Positions 57,517-64,000 of a DNA stretch of 64,000 bases are shown one piece after another. The DNA comes from Chloroflexia bacterium. Its GTDB lineage: Bacteria; Chloroflexota; Chloroflexia; QHBQ01; JADMIH01. Location: assembly GCA_035474135.1 (NCBI GenBank), contig DATINP010000180.1, forward strand, positions 20,599 to 84,598, read 5' to 3'. Within the stretch, counting starts at the first letter, position 1. Every line of letters begins with the position of its first letter. Below the pieces are notes generated by a model, which was not told where the DNA came from, did no database searches, and saw nothing but the letters and a program-made list of their open reading frames with translations. A program made the position numbers and the translations under genes.

Positions 57517-58395
57517 CTATCGGGCTATGACTTGCTGCATGTAATTTTCCACTATGGCTCCGCTCAGCATTGCTCCCACCTGTACGGCTTTGATTTTGCC
57601 ATCGGTGCCGATGAAGTAGGAACTTGGAACGGCAGCCACCTGGTAGCGATTGGCCGCGGTGAGATCACCATCGTGTACAAACTTCCAGTTGTACTTATAT
57701 TGGTTCACGAAGTTGAGTACCATGCTGGCAGAATCTTTGGGAGCCATAGACACCCCGATTACCTCAATCTGACCATAGTGCTTGGTATAAGCGGCCTCCA
57801 TTTCGGGCATTTCTGCTCGGCAAGGAGGGCACCACGTACCCCAGAAGTTCACGAATACCGGCTTACTGCCACGGAAAGAGGAGAGTGAAACGGTTTGGCC
57901 GTTCTCCTGCCAGGTAAAGTCGGGCGCAAATGAGCCTACGACAGGTTTCTGGTCCTCCGCCTGAGTGTCAGGGTCAAAACCCGTGAGTGCGGGCACGCCC
58001 GCGATAGGGGCGGTCGACGGAGCGCTCTTGGCCTGGCTCAGGTATAGCCATATGGCCACGCCGAAGATCGCCACCATCATCACGACCGATAGGCCAAGTA
58101 TTAATGCGCGTCCCCGGTTTACCGATAGGACAGCAACTTCTTCTCCATCCTCGTCGTATTCCGAATCCTGGTCGCTGTAACCTCGGCTATATTGCTGATA
58201 GCCTTCGCTATCTTCGTCTTCGACTTCTTCGTCTGCGTAACGGCTCGGCGCTCTAAGTGCGCGCGACTGAACAGGAGCACCGGGACTATAAATCGGTTCC
58301 TCTACGTCATCGTAGTCGTCAAGGGGCTGACCTTGCGGCGTTGGGTTGGATGCGGTCGAAGCTGTCATTGGTATGAGTACCTCCTTGGGAGGCAT
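57517..58395 (-). CDS. TlpA/ResA-like thiol-disulfide oxidoreductase. It is membrane-anchored with an acidic cytoplasmic N-terminus.
   Basis: WCPPC active site, thioredoxin fold, TM segment ALILGLSVVMMVAIFGVAIWLYL, and an N-terminal D/E/Y-rich region. Confidence 0.75.
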   Translation of the reverse strand: MPPKEVLIPMTASTASNPTPQGQPLDDYDDVEEPIYSPGAPVQSRALRAPSRYADEEVEDEDSEGYQQYSRGYSDQDSEYDEDGEEVAVLSVNRGRALILGLSVVMMVAIFGVAIWLYLSQAKSAPSTAPIAGVPALTGFDPDTQAEDQKPVVGSFAPDFTWQENGQTVSLSSFRGSKPVFVNFWGTWCPPCRAEMPEMEAAYTKHYGQIEVIGVSMAPKDSASMVLNFVNQYKYNWKFVHDGDLTAANRYQVAAVPSSYFIGTDGKIKAVQVGAMLSGAIVENYMQQVIAR

Positions 58396-58484
58396 AGTCG
58401 CTCAAGAGACAAGTTGAGTGATCTCCATGGTTGACCGGATCCTGTGCGCGGACGTCACGGCTACCCTGGAGAAGCGGATTTCTG

Positions 58485-59366
58485 TTAGCGAGCGATAACC
58501 TGGTTAATATAATTCTCCATGAGATCCCCATTCATTGCTCCCACCTGTACAATCTTAATTATGCCATCGGTGCCGATGAAGTAGGAACTCGGAACGGCAG
58601 CCACCTGGTAGCGGTCAGCTACCTTGAAGTCGCCATCGTGTACAAACTTCCAGTTGTACTTATATTGGTTCACGAAGTTGAGCACCATGCTTGCCGTGTC
58701 CTTGGGAGCCATAGACACCCCGATTACCTCGATTTGACCATAGTGCTTGGTGTAGGCCGTCTCCATCTCGGGCATTTCGCCACGGCAGGGAGGGCACCAC
58801 GTACCCCAGAAGTTCACGAACACGGGCTTACTGCCACGGAAAGAGGAGAGTGAAACGGTTTGACCATTCTCCTGCCAGGAGAAATCAGGCGCATATGAGC
58901 CCTGGTTGGGCTTCTGATTCTCCTTCTGGGTGTCCGCGTTGAAACCTGTTATGACAGGCACGCCGGCAATGGGAGCGGTTGGAGGAGCGCTATTGGCCTG
59001 GCTGAGATAGAGCCAGATTGCCACACCGAAAATCGCCACCATCACCACGACCGAAAGACCAAGTATGAGCGCGCGTCCTCGGTTTACAGACAGGACAGCA
59101 ACTTCTTCTCCATCCTCGTCTGCGTCCTTGTAAATCGCTTTCCGTGGGCGAGCAGCGTACCCGGAATTGTCTTCGTCGCTGTCATCCTCGTCGTCATCCT
59201 GGTATCGCGCCTGGAATCGGGCCGGTCGCGGCTTAGCCTGGGGGGCAGACGAATAGACCTCTTCTACGCCGTCATCATAATCGTCGACGGGTAGTTCTTG
59301 TGGTTTCAAGTTAGAGATCGTGGTGTCACTCATATCAAATCTACCTCTTTCCTGAGGTATGGTCAT
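58485..59366 (-). CDS. TlpA/ResA-like thiol-disulfide oxidoreductase, a tandem paralogue of the previous gene.
   Basis: Protein and DNA are near-identical to 57517..58395 over the TM and thioredoxin regions (WCPPCRGEMPEME versus WCPPCRAEMPEME). Confidence 0.75.
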   Translation of the reverse strand: MTIPQERGRFDMSDTTISNLKPQELPVDDYDDGVEEVYSSAPQAKPRPARFQARYQDDDEDDSDEDNSGYAARPRKAIYKDADEDGEEVAVLSVNRGRALILGLSVVVMVAIFGVAIWLYLSQANSAPPTAPIAGVPVITGFNADTQKENQKPNQGSYAPDFSWQENGQTVSLSSFRGSKPVFVNFWGTWCPPCRGEMPEMETAYTKHYGQIEVIGVSMAPKDTASMVLNFVNQYKYNWKFVHDGDFKVADRYQVAAVPSSYFIGTDGIIKIVQVGAMNGDLMENYINQVIAR

Positions 59367-59520
59367 CTAACAGTAAGGGCGTCTGCTAGTCTTAGTTTAG
59401 CGGATTGTGTGCGTAGTGTCAACAGTGGGACGGCTAGTGGCGCCCTTACCTCGTGGCGAAGTAAGTCGTACGATCGACAATCTACGGCTCAGCGAAACCG
59501 GTCTCACACCGCATGAATCA

Positions 59521-60366
59521 TCAACCCATAATGTCTTCGCCCCCGTCAACGTTTATTACGTTGCCGGTTACCCAGTCAGCCCCCGAGCCGGGTTTGGCCA
59601 GCAGGGCGATGAAGTTGGCGATGTCGGTGGGGAGAGTAAGCCTGCCTGAGGGGTTGCGGGAGAGGGCGACCTCGATCAGCTTCTCGTTGCCGGGGATGCG
59701 TCGCAGGGCAGGCGTATCGGTCACGCCTGCGAGGATCGAGTTCGCAGTGATGCCCCTTGGCGCCAGTTCCACGGCCAGTTGACGGATGTGCGATTCAAGT
59801 GCGGCTTTAGCGGCCGACACAGCGCCATAGTTGGGGACGATACGGTGCGAGCCTGCCGAGGTCATGGTGAAAATGCGTGAGCCGCGCCCCAACAGTCCTG
59901 CCCGCAGGGTGTCTTGTACCCAGTAGACAAGGGCGTGTGCCATGACGTCAAGGGTCATGTCCATGTTCGCCTGCTGGATCGTGTCGTCGGCCATGGGGGC
60001 GATGAAAGGCTTGAGTGTGCCGAACGCGAGCGAGTGCATGAGTACCCGGAAGCCTGAGCCGTCCATTGCCTCGGCCATTTTCTCGATAGCGTCCTTGCGG
60101 CGGTCAGGGTTGGCGGCGTTCATATTGAACGGGATGTACTTGCGCCCGGCCTTTTCTACTCGCGTTGTGACTTCCTCAAACAAATCCTGGTCGGTTGGCC
60201 GGCGCATATGCACTCCCACGATGTTGAGTCCCGCCTGCTCGGCCAGCGCGATCGCGGTGGTGCCTCCAAAGCCGGAGGACGAGCCGAGGATCAATGCCCA
60301 TTCGAGCGATTTGGGTTCGCTGGCCTGCGCGGCGTTGTCAGTGCTATTTTGCGTATTATCGGTCAT
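59521..60366 (-). CDS. SDR-family enoyl-ACP reductase-like protein (FabI/FabL-like).
   Basis: Gly-rich NAD(P) motif GSSSGFGG. The Y-x6-K catalytic pair is in NYGAVSAAKAALE. 281 aa. Confidence 0.6.
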   Translation of the reverse strand: MTDNTQNSTDNAAQASEPKSLEWALILGSSSGFGGTTAIALAEQAGLNIVGVHMRRPTDQDLFEEVTTRVEKAGRKYIPFNMNAANPDRRKDAIEKMAEAMDGSGFRVLMHSLAFGTLKPFIAPMADDTIQQANMDMTLDVMAHALVYWVQDTLRAGLLGRGSRIFTMTSAGSHRIVPNYGAVSAAKAALESHIRQLAVELAPRGITANSILAGVTDTPALRRIPGNEKLIEVALSRNPSGRLTLPTDIANFIALLAKPGSGADWVTGNVINVDGGEDIMG

Positions 60367-60423
60367 GGTGGTCTCTCCTGCTTACCATATATTGAGGTTA
60401 TGCGGGGTAATTATATCACAGCC

Positions 60424-62316
60424 CTACCAGCGCACCCGCACGTCGCCCACGCGCCGGGTGATTTTCTGGGCGTCGAAATATTCCAGAAGGGGAATGGCGT
60501 ATTTGCGCGTCGTACCGAAAAGGTCGCGCATCAGCGCAACGTTGATCTCGCCGTGCTCATCTATGGTGTCCAATATGCGCCGGCGCATCTCGTCTAGTAC
60601 CGGTCGGGTGTAGTAGATGCCGTCCTCCAGCTTAACCAGTTCGCCGCTTTCGACCAAGGATGCTACCACATCGGGGTCCACGCCAAGCTCGGCAGGGGAC
60701 GGTGGGGAATAGCCCGACTTGACATAACTAGTGCGTAGGGCTTCAACCTGGGCCGTTTGCTCCGGAGTGTAGCTGGGGGCATGCTGGGGTGTGCGATAGG
60801 TAGTGGCTTCCTCGGCGATGGCGCCCAGTTCGACTGCGCGCTGCATGAGGTGTGGGAAGGCGCGGGCGGGTGTCGTGGCCGACATGCGGCTGCGCACCTC
60901 CTCCTTGCTCATGCCACGGCGGAGGGGATGCTGTTTGTGATAGATGGCAAGCAGGTTATGGACGCGGCGCACAGTGTCCTGAAATGCGTCCTCCGCGACG
61001 ATGATGGTCGACTGCGGGTTGCGGAGCACCGCCTGAGAGTCGCCTGTGAGAAGCAGTACCTTGCCGGTAGCGAGCAGGGATTGAATGGCTTCGGAGGCTT
61101 CCTCTTTGCCGAGCGACGATTTCTCTATGACGCTCTTTGCGTCCTGGGCGGTCATTCCCAGGGCCTGTAATATCAACTCTTCGGGCGTGCCCTTCTGGAG
61201 AGTTTCCAGCGCGCTCAAGGTTTCGGCGTGGAAGCGTTTGTGGCGGCGCGGGTGTACGTCGATCACCTGCCCGCCCCCGATAGTGAGGCTTGGTGAAGAA
61301 CGGCGCACTATATAGCGGTCGCCCTTGGCCAGCGCCACCTCGTCGCGCAGACGCAACTGCACCCAGGAGGTGCCGCCAGGCTCAAGCTTCTCGGTATCGA
61401 GCAGGGTCACCTGGGCCGGTGTTTCTGTTGACCCTGAGAAGAAGTCGAGCGCATCGTTCTGCTCGACGGGGGCGGGCGCGTCGGCCAGCAGGTGGAGATG
61501 CACGTCTATACGCTTTGTCGGCTGGAGCTTGCCGGGGAGCGCCAGCACCATCCCGCGCCTGACCTGGTCCACCTCCAACCCCACGAGGTTCACGGCCACT
61601 CTGTTTCCGGGGGGGATCGAATCAACTTTGTGCTTGTGGCTCTGGAGGCCCCTGATACGGCTCTTGAGGCCGCCGGGCACGAGTTCGACCTCCTGCCCCA
61701 CCTGTAGCGAGCCATCGATCAGCGTGCCCGTCACGACCGTACCAAAGCCCGAAATAGTGAAGGCCCGGTCGATGGCCAGGCGGGGTGCGCCACGGTCGGC
61801 GCGCGGTTGCGTTTGTTCCAAAAGGCGGTCGATCTCGGCGAGGAGTGCGGGTAGGTTATGTCCGGTCCGAGCGGATACGGGCACGATAGGCGCATCTTGT
61901 AGAGTGGTGCCTTTGAGCCTATCTCGGATCTCTTCCTCGACAAGGGCGCGCCATTCGTCGTCCACCATGTCCGTCTTGGTCAGCACCACTATGCCGCGCT
62001 CCACTCCGAGCAGATGCAGGATGTCGAGATGCTCCTCGGTCTGGGGCATGGGGCCTTCGTCGGCGGCGATCACCAACAGAGCAGCATCTAGGCCGCCCAC
62101 CCCCGCGAGCATATTCTTGATAAAACGCTCATGCCCCGGCACGTCCACTATGGACACCTCTTTGCCGGAGGGCAGAGTGAGCCACGCGAAGCCCAGGTCA
62201 ATGGTCATCTCGCGCGCCTTCTCTTCCTGAAGGCGGTCGGGGTCAATGCCTGTGATGGCCCGAACAAGTGTAGATTTGCCGTGATCGACGTGTCCGGCAG
62301 TTCCGAGTACGTACAT
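60424..62316 (-). CDS. selB: Selenocysteine-specific translation elongation factor SelB.
   Basis: The N-terminus GTAGHVDHGKSTLVRAITGIDPDRLQEEKAREMTIDLGFAW is nearly identical in pattern to E. coli SelB. GTPase domains are followed by C-terminal winged-helix domains ending ...RKYAIPLLEYFDAQKITRRVGDVRVRW (SECIS-binding WH4). Confidence 0.85.
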   Translation of the reverse strand: MYVLGTAGHVDHGKSTLVRAITGIDPDRLQEEKAREMTIDLGFAWLTLPSGKEVSIVDVPGHERFIKNMLAGVGGLDAALLVIAADEGPMPQTEEHLDILHLLGVERGIVVLTKTDMVDDEWRALVEEEIRDRLKGTTLQDAPIVPVSARTGHNLPALLAEIDRLLEQTQPRADRGAPRLAIDRAFTISGFGTVVTGTLIDGSLQVGQEVELVPGGLKSRIRGLQSHKHKVDSIPPGNRVAVNLVGLEVDQVRRGMVLALPGKLQPTKRIDVHLHLLADAPAPVEQNDALDFFSGSTETPAQVTLLDTEKLEPGGTSWVQLRLRDEVALAKGDRYIVRRSSPSLTIGGGQVIDVHPRRHKRFHAETLSALETLQKGTPEELILQALGMTAQDAKSVIEKSSLGKEEASEAIQSLLATGKVLLLTGDSQAVLRNPQSTIIVAEDAFQDTVRRVHNLLAIYHKQHPLRRGMSKEEVRSRMSATTPARAFPHLMQRAVELGAIAEEATTYRTPQHAPSYTPEQTAQVEALRTSYVKSGYSPPSPAELGVDPDVVASLVESGELVKLEDGIYYTRPVLDEMRRRILDTIDEHGEINVALMRDLFGTTRKYAIPLLEYFDAQKITRRVGDVRVRW

Positions 62317-62320
62317 GGCG

Positions 62321-62567
62321 AGGTGCTAGGTGCGAGGGGTTAGGGATTAGGGATTAGGGATTAGGGGTTGGGTGTCGTGGGTAACCGGCAGATATCCTGG
62401 CGGTACTTGGATTATAAGCTTGGGGCGAGTGGGCGGCAAGCGCGCCGCGAAACGTCCCCCTGTGATATAATTTCATCGTGTTCTTTGACCATAATTCATG
62501 CATTCATGTCGCACTTCCACGAACACCTAACACCTGACACCTCGAACCCAATCCCTAACCCCTCGCC
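62321..62567. repeat. Inverted arrays of 7-bp repeats (AGGKGNN / TTAGGGA-type) flanking the selB-ligase intergenic region.
   Basis: Left arm: aggtgct aggtgcg aggggtt agggatt agggatt agggatt aggggtt at 62321-62369. Right arm (reverse orientation): cacctaa cacctga cacctcg aacccaatccctaacccc at 62524-62563. The core between them contains TATAAT-like and TTGACC boxes. Confidence 0.55.
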
Positions 62568-62582
62568 ACCTGGAGTATCGCG

Positions 62583-64000
62583 ATGCCTATGCCCTTCAGC
62601 ACACTTGCTGAAACCCTAGAAGCGCTCGAACCGATCACGGGGCGCACACAGATGATCAATATGCTGGCCGAAATGCTCAAGCAAGCTGAGCCGGATGATA
62701 TCGCCCAACTGCTTTACCTGAGCCAGGGCCGCCTTCTGCCCGACTTCATACAGAAAGAGTTTGGCATGAACGAGAGGTTAATTTACAGGTCGGTGGCGCA
62801 GGCGTACGACATTCCACAGGCCGACATCGTCGCGAGATCGAAACAGTTGGGTGACGCGGGGCTGGTGGCGCAGGAGTATGCCGCCCAGTGGGAGGCGGGC
62901 AATCTGTTCGCCCCGGCCAATATGGAGCAGATCACGTTGCAGGAAGTGTACAGCCAACTCATGAAGATCACGGAGACCATAGGGTCAGGCAGCCAGGAGG
63001 GCAAGGTCACGCAACTGGCACAACTCTTCAGGCGGCTGTCGCCTCTGGAGGCCAAACATGTGGCGCGTATCGTGGTCGGTCGCTTGCGGGTGGGCGTGGG
63101 TGATCCCACCCTGCTCGATGCGCTGTCCCTGGCGAAGGCGAGCGACAAGTCGCTCAGGGTGGACCTACAGCGGGCCTACAACCTGTCGAGCGACCTGGGG
63201 CTGGTGGCTCACACTCTTTATACGGCAGGGCCGGAGGGGCTGGACGGCATTCACGTGAAGGTGGGCAACCCGGTGCGGATGGCGCTCGCCGAGCGCGCAG
63301 ACAGCGCCGACGAGATCGTGGCCCGGCTGGGCGAGTGCGCCGTGGAGCCGAAGTACGACGGCTTCAGGATACAAGTACATAGGGACGGTGATCACATTAG
63401 CATGTTCTCGCGTGGGCTGGAGGATATGAGCGGCATGTTCCCCGACCTGGTCGAGGCGATTCACAAGCAGATAAGCTCGCCCCAGGTAATACTGGAGGGC
63501 GAGGCTCTCGCGTACGACCCGGCCACGGGCGAGATTCAGCCGTTCCAGGTGACTTCGCAGAGGAGGCGGGTACACAATATCGAAGAAATGAGCGCCACTC
63601 TCCCCATAAGCCTGATGGCTTTCGACCTGTTGTTCATTGACGGGCAGGATCTCACGCGCAGCCCCTACGTCGAGAGACGAGAGGCCCTGTACAAGGCGAT
63701 AGCCCCGCGTGAGGGGTTGGGCGGCCTGCACCCTTCCCCTGCCCTTATCACAGAGGATCCTGAGCAGATCGTGTTGTTCTACGAAGATAGCCTGGTAGAA
63801 GGCTATGAGGGTATCGTCGCCAAGCGCCTGAGCGGGGTGTATGACGCGGGCAAGCGCGGCTTCAACTGGATCAAGATGAAGCGCTCTTACAACATGCAGA
63901 TGAGCGACACCGTCGACTGCGTAATAGTAGGTTACTCGTATGGCAAGGGGCGGCGCGCCTCGTGGGGCATTGGCACGATGCTGGTGGCGGTCTACGACAA
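62583..64000 (+). CDS. ATP-dependent DNA ligase (3' end beyond the window).
   Basis: My translation starts MPMPFSTLAETLEALEPITGR. It contains adenylation motif I EPKYDGFR and the OB-fold region, and the frame stays open to the window edge. A GGAG RBS lies upstream. Confidence 0.8.
   Translation, partial: MPMPFSTLAETLEALEPITGRTQMINMLAEMLKQAEPDDIAQLLYLSQGRLLPDFIQKEFGMNERLIYRSVAQAYDIPQADIVARSKQLGDAGLVAQEYAAQWEAGNLFAPANMEQITLQEVYSQLMKITETIGSGSQEGKVTQLAQLFRRLSPLEAKHVARIVVGRLRVGVGDPTLLDALSLAKASDKSLRVDLQRAYNLSSDLGLVAHTLYTAGPEGLDGIHVKVGNPVRMALAERADSADEIVARLGECAVEPKYDGFRIQVHRDGDHISMFSRGLEDMSGMFPDLVEAIHKQISSPQVILEGEALAYDPATGEIQPFQVTSQRRRVHNIEEMSATLPISLMAFDLLFIDGQDLTRSPYVERREALYKAIAPREGLGGLHPSPALITEDPEQIVLFYEDSLVEGYEGIVAKRLSGVYDAGKRGFNWIKMKRSYNMQMSDTVDCVIVGYSYGKGRRASWGIGTMLVAVYD

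Noticed and set aside
62340-62367. (TTAGGGA)n read as a telomeric repeat or an end of a linear replicon.
   Set aside because: There are only four units. It is embedded between two ordinary chromosomal genes (selB and a DNA ligase) and mirrored by a second heptamer array. It fits better as an intergenic simple-sequence or iteron-like repeat.

Overview
This is a high-GC, gene-dense stretch of bacterial chromosome (about 62-65% GC). Several proteins carry Pro/Thr-rich low-complexity linkers, there are SLH-like domains and many predicted secreted or membrane proteins, and the overall style suggests a monoderm Chloroflexi-like organism. I support about 50 protein-coding genes. No tRNA, rRNA or CRISPR array was found. 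Housekeeping genes include cca, cysS, surE, thpR, an isolated rpoA, an ABC-F ATPase, selB, and the 5' end of an ATP-dependent DNA ligase. Accessory content includes a secreted GH5 hydrolase (truncated at the window edge), a GT2/pyruvyl-transferase/GT4 cell-wall glycan cluster, and a PQQ-propeller protein with three tandem SLH-like domains. There are two secreted HEXXH metalloproteases, M42 and M20 peptidases, a prepilin peptidase, a multi-GAF histidine kinase, a SWIM-SNF2 helicase, an NRAMP-family transporter translationally coupled to a PRC/MgtE_N/CBS protein, and two tandem TlpA-like thioredoxins. Four observations stand out. (1) A membrane-anchored rhodanese gene is split by a single in-frame TGA two residues after its active-site Cys, 3.4 kb from selB, so it is a candidate selenoprotein. 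(2) The NRAMP homologue has Asn->Gly and Met->Thr substitutions at the metal site (NRMT-like, Mg2+) and sits beside a Mg2+-sensor-like partner. (3) A CsaB-like pyruvyl transferase lies near an unusual Cys-insert SLH protein. (4) There are several families of short heptamer repeats and a palindromic intergenic element. The six-frame track also contains many antisense shadow ORFs, as expected at this GC content; I rejected these.
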